A stretch of DNA of 64,000 bases from a virus (taxonomy: Duplodnaviria; Caudoviricetes). The notes below the pieces were generated by a model. The model was given only the letters and a program-made list of their open reading frames with translations. It did no database searches and had not been told where the DNA came from. Shown here in pieces: positions 30,709-40,958 of this stretch; within the stretch, counting starts at the first letter, position 1; each line of letters opens with the position of its first letter. Location: the IMG/VR virus record IMGVR_UViG_3300047319_000334, positions 326 to 64,325 of that record, one strand, 5' to 3'. Both the position numbers and the translations under genes were made by a program.

Positions 30709-31282
30709 TGATTCCAGCGTTGCGGGCTATCTTCAGCCAGTTGGGGCATCGCCGCCCGAAGACGCAGATCTCGATGCAATCTTCCAGAAGCTGGTGATCG
30801 GGATTACTGGCCTTCCCGGAAACATGGTTCGCCCGCGGTGGCAAGCCACGGTGCCGAAACAGCCTGAGCCTTCGACGAACTGGTGCGCTATCGGCGTAAC
30901 GGGTATAGAGCACGACGCCAACTCATACGAGCAGCACAACCCGGCTGGTAACGGTTTGGACACCTTCATTCGGCATGAAGTCGTTACGGTGTTGTGCAGC
31001 TTCTACGGTGCCAACGCACTGAGCTACGCCACGCAGGCCCGCGACGGCATGTACGTCGCCCAGAATAATTCAACCCTCGACCAGTACGAAATGGGACTGG
31101 TAGAAGTGGAATCGATCGTGACCGCGCCGGAACTGGTCAACCAGCAATGGATTCGCCGGTTCGATCTGAGCATGCGGATCCGTCGACGCGTCGTGCGCAC
31201 CTACCCGATCCTCAACATCCTGTCCGCCGAGGCGACAGCGAAGTCTGAAACACAGACCGAGCCGATCAACGTCACTCAGTAA
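30701..31282 (+). CDS. Tail terminator/neck protein
   Basis: VRPRWQ, PELVNQQWIRRFD; precedes sheath. Confidence 0.75.
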   Translation: MANDSSVAGYLQPVGASPPEDADLDAIFQKLVIGITGLPGNMVRPRWQATVPKQPEPSTNWCAIGVTGIEHDANSYEQHNPAGNGLDTFIRHEVVTVLCSFYGANALSYATQARDGMYVAQNNSTLDQYEMGLVEVESIVTAPELVNQQWIRRFDLSMRIRRRVVRTYPILNILSAEATAKSETQTEPINVTQ

Positions 31283-31345
31283 CACCTCACGCAACGCTTT
31301 CCGAGCCCGCCACTGTGCGGGCTTTTTTCATTGGGATATCCACAA

Positions 31346-33160
31346 ATGACGACGAGTCAACTTCCTATCTCTCGCCTGATTCAGGGGACAGTGAATCTGT
31401 CGCCGAACGCGGCACAGGCGCAGAACCTGAATACCGAGTTGATTCTGGGCTCGTCGCCTGTGATCGATGTCGCTTCCCGGATGCGCGAGTACTTCAGTTC
31501 GTCGGCAGTCGCCGCGGACTTCGGCACGACGGCGCCTGAATACCTCGCATCGGTGGCATGGTTCGGTCAGTCGCCGCAACCCGCCAACGTGCTGATCGGT
31601 CGCTGGGCTCAGACCGCGACGGCGGCGCAACTGTTCGGCGCAACGCTTTCGGTGGCGCAGCAGGCCATCGCCAACTTCACGGCCATCACGTCCCCAGCGT
31701 TCTCGATCACGATCAATGGGACTCCGTACACGATCTCGCCAGCCAGTTTTGGCTCGTCGACGAATCTGAATGGCATCGCAGCGCTGATTCAGACTGCCCT
31801 TGCTTCGGCCGTCCCAGGCTCGACCTGCGTATGGAACTCGAGCTTCGCACAATTCCAGATCACGGACGGCACAACCGGCGCAACGTCGACGCTGAGCTTC
31901 GCGTCGGCTCCGACTGCATTCGGCTCAGTCACTTACTCGGTGAATCCTAGCGCAGCCGCAACAGTGACGATCGGCGGCACAGTTGTTACGTTCGTTTCCT
32001 CACTGACGACCGGCAACCAGATCCTGATTGGCGCTAATCTGGCTGCCACCCTTCAGAACGCCGTCACCTTCCTGAACCAATCGGCGGATACGAACCTATC
32101 GAAGGCAGTCTATTCGGTCAACCAGGCTGGCACAGCGCTTCAGGTCGTCTATAAGACCCCTGGCACGGCGGGCAACGCGTTCACCCTCGCTGCGTCTGTC
32201 GGCACGGTATCGGGCGCGACGCTCTCGGGCGGCGCTGGTACGGATATCTCAGCACTGATCGGCGCAACTGCTGCATCGTCAGGCGCCTACGTCGCGCAAG
32301 GCGTTGCCGCTGAATCTGCGGTAGCAGCGGCAGCTCTGTTCGATAACCAGTTCGGCCAGCAATGGTACGGGCTGACTGTTCCGCAGGCTACAGATTCCGA
32401 TCACCTCGCACTCGCAGCATTCATCGAGTCGACGAACAACAAGCACTTCTACGGCGTGACGACGCAGGAAGCCGGTGTGCTCAACTCGGTCACGACGACC
32501 GACATTGCCTCGCAGCTTCAGGCACTCGGCTTCAACAAGACGTGTAGCCAGTTCTCGAGCAACAGCGCGTATGCAGTGAACTCGCTGCTCGGTCGCCAGT
32601 TGACGGTGGATTACACCGGCAACAACACGGTGATCACGCTGATGTACAAGCAGGAGCCGGGGGTGGCTGCGGAAACGCTCAACGCAACGCAGATGTCGGC
32701 TCTCGAAGGCAAGAACTGCAACGTCTTCGTCGCGTACAACAACGGCACGACGATCATCGAGCCGGCCAAGGTCGCATCGGGTGAATACATCGACACGATC
32801 GTCGGCATGGACGCGTTCTGTATCGACGTCCAGACAGCACTGTTCAACGCGCTGTTCACGACCACGACGAAGATCCCGCAGACCGACGCCGGTATGCATG
32901 CCCTCGCTACCGTCATCGAAGGCGTCTGCCAGCAATACGTCAACAACGGCCTGTTCGCGCCAGGCGTCTGGAACAGTGGCGGCTTTGGCACGCTGAACCA
33001 AGGCGACTTCCTTGCAAAGGGTTATTACGTCTTCCAGCCCGCGGTTGCGTCGCAGAGCCAGGCAGATCGCGCTGCACGTAAGTCAGTGCCGTTCCAGATC
33101 GCTGTCAAGCTGGCTGGCGCAGTCCACACGATCGATTTCGCAGTAAGCGTCAACCAATAA
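31346..33160 (+). CDS. Tail sheath (DUF3383 type)
   Basis: IGRW, YKQEPGV, KIPQTDAG, RAARKS..LAGAVH. Confidence 0.9.
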   Translation: MTTSQLPISRLIQGTVNLSPNAAQAQNLNTELILGSSPVIDVASRMREYFSSSAVAADFGTTAPEYLASVAWFGQSPQPANVLIGRWAQTATAAQLFGATLSVAQQAIANFTAITSPAFSITINGTPYTISPASFGSSTNLNGIAALIQTALASAVPGSTCVWNSSFAQFQITDGTTGATSTLSFASAPTAFGSVTYSVNPSAAATVTIGGTVVTFVSSLTTGNQILIGANLAATLQNAVTFLNQSADTNLSKAVYSVNQAGTALQVVYKTPGTAGNAFTLAASVGTVSGATLSGGAGTDISALIGATAASSGAYVAQGVAAESAVAAAALFDNQFGQQWYGLTVPQATDSDHLALAAFIESTNNKHFYGVTTQEAGVLNSVTTTDIASQLQALGFNKTCSQFSSNSAYAVNSLLGRQLTVDYTGNNTVITLMYKQEPGVAAETLNATQMSALEGKNCNVFVAYNNGTTIIEPAKVASGEYIDTIVGMDAFCIDVQTALFNALFTTTTKIPQTDAGMHALATVIEGVCQQYVNNGLFAPGVWNSGGFGTLNQGDFLAKGYYVFQPAVASQSQADRAARKSVPFQIAVKLAGAVHTIDFAVSVNQ

Positions 33161-33172
33161 GCGAGATAACAC

Positions 33173-33616
33173 ATGAGCACGTATAGCTTTCAAGACTTTG
33201 CGCTCACGCTGACGGGCCCTGGCGGTTCGATCACGTTGGGCGACGGCGCTGGTGATGCAAAAGAAGGCGTCACCTTCGAATTCGTCGAAAACGCCAACAC
33301 GATGGTCATCGGCGCCGATGGCTCGGTCATGCACAGCCTGAATCCAGGCAAGGGTGGGAGAGCCACAGTTCGCCTGCTGAAGACATCGCCGACGAACGGC
33401 AAGCTGTCGGCGATGTACAACTTCCAGCGCACGAGCTCGGCGAACTGGGGGCAAGGCGTGATGGCAGGCTCCGACATCGTCCGCGGTGAGCAGTATTCCT
33501 GTCAGCAGGTCGCGTTCTCGAAGTTCCCGAACAACACCTTCGCAATGGAAGCCGGCACGATCGAATGGGTGTTTGACATCGGCGTGATGGACCCGGCACT
33601 CGCGATCGGGGTGTAA
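33173..33616 (+). CDS. Tail tube protein (DUF3277 type)
   Basis: TYSF, IGADGSVMHSL, LLKTSPTN. Confidence 0.88.
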   Translation: MSTYSFQDFALTLTGPGGSITLGDGAGDAKEGVTFEFVENANTMVIGADGSVMHSLNPGKGGRATVRLLKTSPTNGKLSAMYNFQRTSSANWGQGVMAGSDIVRGEQYSCQQVAFSKFPNNTFAMEAGTIEWVFDIGVMDPALAIGV

Positions 33617-33619
33617 CCC

Positions 33620-34003
33620 ATGAATGACATCGTAGAAGTCGGCGGACAGAAGTATCGTATCGGCCGCATCGACGCGCGCAAGCAGTTTCACGTTGCTCGC
33701 CGGCTGGCTCCGTTGCTGGCTGGCATGAGCAGCGTTCCGGACAAGAGCGCGGGGTTTGCTGCATTCCTCGGTCCGCTCACTGATGCGCTTTCCGGTATGT
33801 CGGATGAAGACGTCGACTACATTCTCGACATCTGCCTCGGCGTCTGCCAGCGAATCCAGCCGAACGGCCAAGGCGCTCCGGTAATCGCCCGCGGCGGCAG
33901 CCTCATGTTCGAGGATATGGACATGGGCCAGATGATCCAACTCGCCGTCAAGGTGATTCAGGAGAACCTGGGTGGTTTTTTTCCCGCAGGGGCAGCGGCG
34001 TAA
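33620..34003 (+). CDS. Tail assembly chaperone
   Basis: QFHVARRLAP; between tube and tape measure. Confidence 0.85.
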   Translation: MNDIVEVGGQKYRIGRIDARKQFHVARRLAPLLAGMSSVPDKSAGFAAFLGPLTDALSGMSDEDVDYILDICLGVCQRIQPNGQGAPVIARGGSLMFEDMDMGQMIQLAVKVIQENLGGFFPAGAAA

Positions 34004-34212
34004 TCGCGACTTCAACGCCGAGCACCGCCCTGCTCTGTCTGCCTGATGGCGAGGACTGGCTGCTTCAGCCGGTCATGGAGCGTCTGTGCAAGTACGAATC
34101 GCTGATAGACGGAACGCTGGGTCTCGAGGACGTGGCGCTTCTTAATGACGCAATCGCCGTTCGCTCGGCCAACGAAGAAATACTTAGACAGCAAGCGGAG
34201 CGCAACAGATGA
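33976..34212 (+). other. -1 frameshift site (T TTT TTT) and extension frame of the chaperone
   Basis: Seven T at 33976-33982; the -1 frame is open (..LPDGEDWLLQPVMERLCKYESLIDG..) to TGA at 34212. Confidence 0.8.
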
Positions 34213-35945
34213 GCGATAACGTGCTCCGGGAGTTCCTGGTTTCATTGGGCTTCAAGATCGACGAAGCGTCGATGAAGAAGTTCACGACCTCCGTCGAGAG
34301 CGTCACTAAATCGGTAATGCAAGTCGGCGCGGGCGTCGCTGCTGCCGCAACCGGGATTGTGGCCGGCGTAAAGATCATCTCCAATCAGATGGAGAACCTT
34401 TACTACGCATCGCAACGGACTGGCGCGACGGTCGGCAATATCATGGCCTTGCGGTATGCCGCCGGGCAGATCGGGCTGACGGCAGATCAGGCACAAGGCG
34501 CGCTTGAGAACTTCTCGCGCACATTGCGGCTGAATCCCGGCTCAAGCGGCCTGCTTGATTCGCTAGGCGTCACGGGCCGTGATCCGGCCGAAAAGTTCGA
34601 CAGCTTCATCGGCAAGGCGAAGCAAATGCAGCCTTATGTGGCGGCTGCGTATGCCCAGTTGTTCGGAATCGATCCCGACACTCTGCTGATGCTTGAGCAG
34701 GGGCAGGACAAGCGGCTGGCGGCGGAACAGCAATATCACCAGAAGCTCGCCGCGTTCGGCATTGATCCGGATCAGGCAGCACAGGCTGGCGTCGACTTCA
34801 ATAACTCGATCCGCTCCGTCAAAGACACGTTCACCGACCTTTGGATCGTCATCGAGTCGAAGCTGGCGCCGGTCCTCACGCCGCTCGTTGCAGAGTTCGA
34901 GAAGTTCGCCGAGAACCATGCTGGAGAGGTTGCACAGGGCATTGCTGATGCCGTGCAAGCCCTCGCTAACTGGATCCAAAGTGTCAACTGGGAGAAGGTT
35001 GGCGACGACATCGCCAGTGTCTACCAGGCAATCGGCGGCCTGAAAGGTGTGCTGATTGCAATTGCAGCGATCCAGTTAGCGCCGTTGGTGACGGGCATCC
35101 TCAACCTGGTAGCTGCGGTTACGCGTCTCGGTGCTGTGGCTGCTGGTGGCGCCATTGGCGGCCTGCTAAAAGTGCTGGGCCCTATCGCCCTTCTCTTTCA
35201 CAGCGAAGACCTTAATGCTGGCGAAGACGAACAGGTCAAAAAGAAGCAGGCGGCAGCAGGCGCGATCGATCCCGCAACATTCGATTTCAACGGGCCAGCA
35301 AATCGCGGCGGCAAGGCTCCGGCACAAAAACCGGGGAAGCCGGAGGACGGCTCGTTCGGAACGATCATAGAATTGCCCCCTGAACATGCTACGCCATCGA
35401 GTAATGCTCCCCGCGGCATCCGGAACAACAATCCCGGCAACATCATTTATGGTGGCTTCGCCAAGAAGATGGGGGCGACTGGTTCTGACGGCCGATTCGC
35501 AGTGTTTCAGTCGATGGAGGACGGAATAAAGGCTGCGATCAAGCTTCTCGAAGGCTATGTTTCGAAAGGCTACGACTCGGTTCGCAAGATCATTTCGCGC
35601 TGGGCGCCGCCGGGCGAGAACAATACTTCAGCCTATGTTGATGCTGTCGCGAAGAAGCTCGGCATTTCTGCCGACACAAAACTCAGCGGCGATCAACTCG
35701 GCGGTGTCGCCAATGCAATTTTCCAGCATGAAAACGGTCGCGCGTTTGGGAATGTCAGCGCAATGAGCGACGCACGTCTCGGTGCCGGCGGCGGAAGTTC
35801 ATCCCCGAGCATCAACATCCAGCAGCAGAACACGTTCCATATCCCCGGCTCGTCCGATCCTCGGGGAACGGCACGCGCTGTCGGTGGCGAACAAAGCCGC
35901 GTCAATGGCGACCTCGTAAGAAACTTCGCTGGAGCATTCAGATGA
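34209..35945 (+). CDS. Tape measure protein with C-terminal lysozyme-like domain
   Basis: EFLVSLGF start, helical Ala-rich body, RGIRNNNPGNI..RWAPPGENNT domain. Confidence 0.88.
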   Translation: MSDNVLREFLVSLGFKIDEASMKKFTTSVESVTKSVMQVGAGVAAAATGIVAGVKIISNQMENLYYASQRTGATVGNIMALRYAAGQIGLTADQAQGALENFSRTLRLNPGSSGLLDSLGVTGRDPAEKFDSFIGKAKQMQPYVAAAYAQLFGIDPDTLLMLEQGQDKRLAAEQQYHQKLAAFGIDPDQAAQAGVDFNNSIRSVKDTFTDLWIVIESKLAPVLTPLVAEFEKFAENHAGEVAQGIADAVQALANWIQSVNWEKVGDDIASVYQAIGGLKGVLIAIAAIQLAPLVTGILNLVAAVTRLGAVAAGGAIGGLLKVLGPIALLFHSEDLNAGEDEQVKKKQAAAGAIDPATFDFNGPANRGGKAPAQKPGKPEDGSFGTIIELPPEHATPSSNAPRGIRNNNPGNIIYGGFAKKMGATGSDGRFAVFQSMEDGIKAAIKLLEGYVSKGYDSVRKIISRWAPPGENNTSAYVDAVAKKLGISADTKLSGDQLGGVANAIFQHENGRAFGNVSAMSDARLGAGGGSSSPSINIQQQNTFHIPGSSDPRGTARAVGGEQSRVNGDLVRNFAGAFR

Positions 35946-36655
35946 GCGCAATTGGGAACGCGGTTGCGGCGGGGCAGATCCTGATCCAACTGCTGACCCA
36001 TAAGCAGAAGCGTGGGTTTGATGATGGATCAGGATCGTTGTTCGTTCCAGACGCGACGATCGAGGAAGTGCATAGTGACGACCTTGAAATCACCGACCAT
36101 CCCGTAGAACAGGGAACCGTGATTTCCGATCACGCGTTCAAGCGCCCGTCAGAATTGATCATCACGGCAGGCTGGTCGGATAGCCCGAACAATTCAGGTT
36201 TGGCTAACCAGATCGTCGGCGCCGCAGCAAACACAAGCCCTGCCCTGCAAACCATTCTCGGTGCAACACGGACTATTGGCGGCATTGTGAATATGTTTGC
36301 GAGCAATGGGCGAGGCTCACCTTCTCAGGCGGCGTATCAGCAGTTGCTTGCCATGCAGGCAAACCGGTTGCTGTTCGCGATATTCACCGGGAAGCGCGTC
36401 TATCAGAACATGCTGGTCAAGTCGCTTGCAACGACGACGGACGCGAAGACCGAAAACAGTCTGGTAATCCGGATTGGATGTCGTCAGCTTTTGATGGCGC
36501 AGACGCAGACCGTGACGGTGCCCGACTCATCGGTCATGAAGAATCCGGAGCAGAACGGGGCGGCGCAAAACTTTGGCGTAAAGTATCCCCTGCCCTCGCC
36601 GAACATCAATGCGACCGCTCTGCCTCAGTTCAATTCGTCGGGCCAGCAGGTATGA
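35942..36655 (+). CDS. Baseplate/tube initiator protein
   Basis: ITDHPVEQG..DHAFKRP. Confidence 0.8.
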   Translation: MSAIGNAVAAGQILIQLLTHKQKRGFDDGSGSLFVPDATIEEVHSDDLEITDHPVEQGTVISDHAFKRPSELIITAGWSDSPNNSGLANQIVGAAANTSPALQTILGATRTIGGIVNMFASNGRGSPSQAAYQQLLAMQANRLLFAIFTGKRVYQNMLVKSLATTTDAKTENSLVIRIGCRQLLMAQTQTVTVPDSSVMKNPEQNGAAQNFGVKYPLPSPNINATALPQFNSSGQQV

Positions 36656-36966
36656 CGACCTATTACGAAATCCCGCTTTCGCCTGAGCCGCAGACGTTCA
36701 ATATCGCTCTCGCTGGCGTGACCTACGGATTTACGGTTCGATGGAATGTTCCTAACGATAGCTGGGTGATCGATATTTCGGACGCGAGCGGCAACCCCGT
36801 CGTGTCGGGTATTCCGATGGTGACGGGTGCAGACTTGCTCGAGCAATTCGGTTATCTCGGTCTCAACTTCGCTTTGGTAGCCCAGACCGATAACTCGCCG
36901 GACACGGTCCCGACATTCGATAACCTCGGCACAACCGGGCATCTGTACGCCATTACCAATCCATGA
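36652..36966 (+). CDS. Baseplate plug-type protein
   Basis: EIPL..PQTF, GADLLEQFGYLG. Confidence 0.75.
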   Translation: MTTYYEIPLSPEPQTFNIALAGVTYGFTVRWNVPNDSWVIDISDASGNPVVSGIPMVTGADLLEQFGYLGLNFALVAQTDNSPDTVPTFDNLGTTGHLYAITNP

Positions 36967-37928
36967 ACCAGTTCGGACGAAAAGCAACGCTGGTCGTCTC
37001 GACGGGCACGGTTGGGCTCGATCTTTCGGATTTCCGCTTTACGTTCCGCACGACGAACTCCGATGCGCAGACACCAAACACGTTGTACGTCCGGGTGTAC
37101 AACCTCTCGCCGCAAACCGTCGCGAAGATCGGCACGAACACCAGCACTGAGTTCAGCACTATCACCCTACAAGCCGGGTATGAAAACGGTAACTTCGGAA
37201 TAGTGTTTACCGGGTCGATCAAGCAGACGGCAACCGGTCGTGAGCGCAATGTCGACAGCTATATCGATATATGGGCCGCCGACTCCGACCTCTGGTACAA
37301 CTTCTCGGTCATCAGCCAATCGATCGTCGCCGGCCAGAAGCCGGAGCAGGTAATCAGCTCAATCACGGGGGCTGCATCGTCCAACGGTACGCCTCCGATC
37401 AAGTTTGCGACCGATGCCAGCGGCCTGATTGCTGGCTCAGCAGCCGGAACCGCAAACGCCCTCTCGAGGGGGAAGGTGCTTTTTGGGATGTCCCGCGATT
37501 ACGCGAGAGACTGGGCCGACAAGTACGGCTTCCGATGGTCGATCCAGAATGGCGAGTTCGTGCTGGTGCCCATTACTGGCTATCGACCGGGCGAGGCGGT
37601 TGTGCTGTCATCGACGACTGGGCTTGTCGGTGTGCCGGAGGCGACGCAGGATGGAGTGCGAGTACGCGCCCTGCTCAATCCGCTGATCCGAATTGGCTGT
37701 CTTGTGCAGATCGCGCAGTCCGATATCAACCAGATCACGACTCAGCAGCAAGGGTTGAAGTACGACACTGCTATTGCGACGGTGGTGACGGCTGCGGGCA
37801 CGTACCGCGTTATGACTGCAGAGTTCAGCGGTGACAGCCGCGGACAAGATTGGTATGTCGACATGATCTGCCTCGCAGTAGATGTGTCGGCGAGCAATCA
37901 GAACCAGTCTGTAGCGGCGACCGGTTAG
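36963..37928 (+). CDS. Baseplate hub protein
   Basis: VYNLS, LQAGYE, WSIQNG, LLNP, GDSRGQDWY. Confidence 0.82.
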   Translation: MNQFGRKATLVVSTGTVGLDLSDFRFTFRTTNSDAQTPNTLYVRVYNLSPQTVAKIGTNTSTEFSTITLQAGYENGNFGIVFTGSIKQTATGRERNVDSYIDIWAADSDLWYNFSVISQSIVAGQKPEQVISSITGAASSNGTPPIKFATDASGLIAGSAAGTANALSRGKVLFGMSRDYARDWADKYGFRWSIQNGEFVLVPITGYRPGEAVVLSSTTGLVGVPEATQDGVRVRALLNPLIRIGCLVQIAQSDINQITTQQQGLKYDTAIATVVTAAGTYRVMTAEFSGDSRGQDWYVDMICLAVDVSASNQNQSVAATG

Positions 37929-38416
37929 CGATCAACCATGTTTGGAATCGTGACGCCTGCAAATGGACGCCCATCCTTCAGCTTTCCCGAAACGACAGGA
38001 ATAACGCCCATCTCCATCCGGACATTCATCGGCGTCCCCTCTGGCACGAGTTGACACTGGTAGTCGGACGGCTTCGGTTCCGCGCCATAGTCGTAGCCGT
38101 TGAGCAATGCGCCCTGCTTCCTCAATTCCGGCGATAGCGACTGCCGGGCGTGCCGGGCTTCGTTGATCCGGCTGTAGAGCCAATTCGCCTCATCCATTGA
38201 CGGGCACACGATTGCTCCGTCGACCAGATCCATTCCTTTGGCCGTCGGTTGCCTCGGTTCCGGCTTGGATGTGAGAGCTACTTGAGCAGAGGGGGACTCG
38301 TGGCCGCTAAATATCTGCTCCTTCTTGGATTGGTATAGGCGAGAAGCGTAGTCATCCGTCTGCCCTAAAGCAGGTATGGCGATCAACGTCGTAAGTGCAA
38401 AAACAGCAATTTTCAT
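37925..38416 (-). CDS. Secreted hypothetical protein (moron, antisense within the tail operon)
   Basis: Signal peptide MKIAVFALTTLIAIPALG; GAGG RBS; two Cys. Confidence 0.7.
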   Translation of the reverse strand: MKIAVFALTTLIAIPALGQTDDYASRLYQSKKEQIFSGHESPSAQVALTSKPEPRQPTAKGMDLVDGAIVCPSMDEANWLYSRINEARHARQSLSPELRKQGALLNGYDYGAEPKPSDYQCQLVPEGTPMNVRMEMGVIPVVSGKLKDGRPFAGVTIPNMVDR

Positions 38417-38426
38417 CTGATACCTC

Positions 38427-39170
38427 ATGCTCCAGTTAGAACGCGTAAATGACAGTCAGGAAGCGCTTCGCCTGGCTCTGGACGGGCATCAGGCACAGGT
38501 CTGGACGGCGCTGCCAGGGATTATAGAAAGTTTCGACGCCATCGCCGTGACGTGCGTCGTACAGCCGGCTATCAAGGCCGAAGTAAGGGCGCCAGATGGT
38601 TCGACGCAATGGGTCGCACTTCCATTGCTGCTCGATTGTCCGGTCGTATTCCCTCGCGGTGGCGGTTGTACTCTGACCTTCCCTATCGCGCAGGATGACG
38701 AATGTCTCGTCGTGTTCTCATCGCGCTGCATCGACGCGTGGTATAGCGCAGGCGGCGTCCAGGTGCAATCCGAGTTCCGGATGCATGACCTGTCGGACGG
38801 CTTCGCGCTACCGGGACCGTTCTCGCAGGCGACGAAGATCAGCGGTATCAGCACGAGCAGCGTGCAGCTCCGCAGCAATGACGCATCGACCTATTTCGAC
38901 CTGAACCCGACGACGCAGAAAATCAAGATCGTCGCGCCTGGCGGCTTCGAGGTCGACGCACCGACAAACCTTTTCACGGGCTCCGTGACGATTCAAGGGC
39001 TGCTCACGTGGCTTGCTGGCATGGCCGGAAGTACCGCAAGCGGAGTCGCAGCAACCATCACCGGGATCATCAACTTCATCGGCTCGGTTACATCGAACGG
39101 GAAGGCGATCGATAGCACGCATACCCACCATGAGAACGGTGCGGGCAGCAACACCAATCCTCCGAACTGA
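38427..39170 (+). CDS. Baseplate spike (Gp138 type)
   Basis: PVVFPRGGG, RMHDLSDGF, C-terminal HTH(H) metal motif. Confidence 0.88.
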   Translation: MLQLERVNDSQEALRLALDGHQAQVWTALPGIIESFDAIAVTCVVQPAIKAEVRAPDGSTQWVALPLLLDCPVVFPRGGGCTLTFPIAQDDECLVVFSSRCIDAWYSAGGVQVQSEFRMHDLSDGFALPGPFSQATKISGISTSSVQLRSNDASTYFDLNPTTQKIKIVAPGGFEVDAPTNLFTGSVTIQGLLTWLAGMAGSTASGVAATITGIINFIGSVTSNGKAIDSTHTHHENGAGSNTNPPN

Positions 39171-39171
39171 T

Positions 39172-39525
39172 ATGCGCTATCGCACTCTCGACGCCAACGG
39201 TGATTACACGTTCGGGCAGAACGCAGCCAATTTCCTCGTCGACTCTCCTGCCGCTGTCGCTCAAGCCATCCAGACCCGCCTCAAGCTTATTCGGGGTGAA
39301 TGGTTCCTCGATCAGACGGCGGGTACACCCTACAACACGCAAATCCTCGGCGCCGGAACTGAAGCGACACGCGACCTCGCAGTCCAGACCGTGATTCTCG
39401 AAACGCAGGGCGTGACTGAGATCGTCGACTACGCAAGCCACCTCGATCCGTCCACGCGCGCCTTTACGGTCGCCGCGACAGTGAATACGCAATTCGGCCA
39501 AACGACTATTACCCAGGTTCTCTGA
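39172..39525 (+). CDS. Baseplate wedge/sheath initiator (gp25-like)
   Basis: GDYTFG, TRLKL..GEWFLD. Confidence 0.8.
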   Translation: MRYRTLDANGDYTFGQNAANFLVDSPAAVAQAIQTRLKLIRGEWFLDQTAGTPYNTQILGAGTEATRDLAVQTVILETQGVTEIVDYASHLDPSTRAFTVAATVNTQFGQTTITQVL

Positions 39526-40958
39526 TGGCAACACTTCCGCTTTCGACGTTGGCGGCTGCGATCGATTCGACGGGTATTTCGGCGCCCGACTTCGCGACGA
39601 TCCTCGCCAGCCTGACTGCATCATTTCAGAGCATTTACGGCAGTGACATATATGTCCAGCCTGACGCGCAAGATGGTCAGTTTTTGGCATTCCTCGCTCA
39701 GATCGTCAACGACGGCAATCAGGCCGACGTCACCACGTACAACGGCTATTCGCCCTCCTTCGCCCAAGGTGCGGCGCTCTCTAGTCAGGTCAAGATTAAC
39801 GGTCTGCGCCGCGATGCATCGAGCAATAGCACGGCAGTTGTGACGCTGGTTGGTCAGGTCGGCACGCCGATCAACAACGGCGTTGCGCAGGACACGAACA
39901 AGAATCTGTGGAACCTGCCGGCCTCTGTCGTCATCCCGGTTAGCGGCACTATCGATGTCACTGCAACTGCGCAGCAGCCCGGCGCGATCACGGCTATTGC
40001 TGGCGCGATCAATGGGATTAATACGCCGACGCGCGGGTGGCAGTCGGTGACGAATGGCGCTCCAGCTACACCGGGCGATCCGGTAGAGACTGACTCGGCA
40101 CTTCGCCAGCGTCAGGCTACATCAACTTCGCTTGCTGCGCTGACGCCCCTGCAGGCGATCAAGGCTGCGGTCGGAAATGTGCCTGGTGTTGGTCGATTCG
40201 AAGTCTATGAGAATCAGACTGGCACCACGGATGCCAACGGTGTACCGGGTCACTCGATCGCCGTCGTTGCCGAAGGTGGCGACATCACGACGATCGCCCA
40301 GACCATCGAGGCGAAGAAATCGCCAGGAACAGGTACGTTTGGCACGACTTCTGTCACTGTCACCGATCCTGCTGGAGTGCCGATCACGATCAACTTCTTC
40401 GAGATGACCGAAGAAGCGGTGCTAGTTCAGGTCAAGATTGTTCCGTTGACGGGATTCGTGTCAACAACGTTCGCCCTCATCACGAATGCACTGGTGACGT
40501 ACCTGACCAGCTTCGCCATCGGTCAGGACTCGTTGCTCGGAAAACTGTTCGGTGCTGCGAACCTGTACGGCGACGCAGCGACTTCTAGCTCTGGCCTGAC
40601 TCAGGCCCAGCTCGACGTGCTGAGCAACACCTATAACCTGCCGGTCACGAACATCTTTCAGGGCCGTGGCGACATGCTGGTGACGGGCGGACCGTACAAC
40701 GCAGGCGTCAGCACGATCAGTATCGCAAACGTCGCAAGCCTCGCAATTGGACGATCGATCATAGTCAATCAGACAGATGGATCGCAACTGACGGCCGCCA
40801 TCACCAACATCGTCGGCAATGCAGTGACGTTCACGCCGGCGATAGCCGCAGGCAAGACTATCAACGCAGGCGCGCAAGTGCTGGTGAATGGCGACCTGGT
40901 TCTGGCGTTCAATGAAGGCGCGCAATGCGTCGCTGCCGACATCAACGTGACGACATGA
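39525..40958 (+). CDS. Baseplate J-like protein
   Basis: ETDSALRQRQ, YENQTG..GVPGHSI. Confidence 0.88.
   Translation: MATLPLSTLAAAIDSTGISAPDFATILASLTASFQSIYGSDIYVQPDAQDGQFLAFLAQIVNDGNQADVTTYNGYSPSFAQGAALSSQVKINGLRRDASSNSTAVVTLVGQVGTPINNGVAQDTNKNLWNLPASVVIPVSGTIDVTATAQQPGAITAIAGAINGINTPTRGWQSVTNGAPATPGDPVETDSALRQRQATSTSLAALTPLQAIKAAVGNVPGVGRFEVYENQTGTTDANGVPGHSIAVVAEGGDITTIAQTIEAKKSPGTGTFGTTSVTVTDPAGVPITINFFEMTEEAVLVQVKIVPLTGFVSTTFALITNALVTYLTSFAIGQDSLLGKLFGAANLYGDAATSSSGLTQAQLDVLSNTYNLPVTNIFQGRGDMLVTGGPYNAGVSTISIANVASLAIGRSIIVNQTDGSQLTAAITNIVGNAVTFTPAIAAGKTINAGAQVLVNGDLVLAFNEGAQCVAADINVTT

Noticed and set aside
26667-34015. Long antisense ORFs over head and tail genes
   Set aside because: Expected shadow ORFs of GC-biased codon usage; no motifs or RBS
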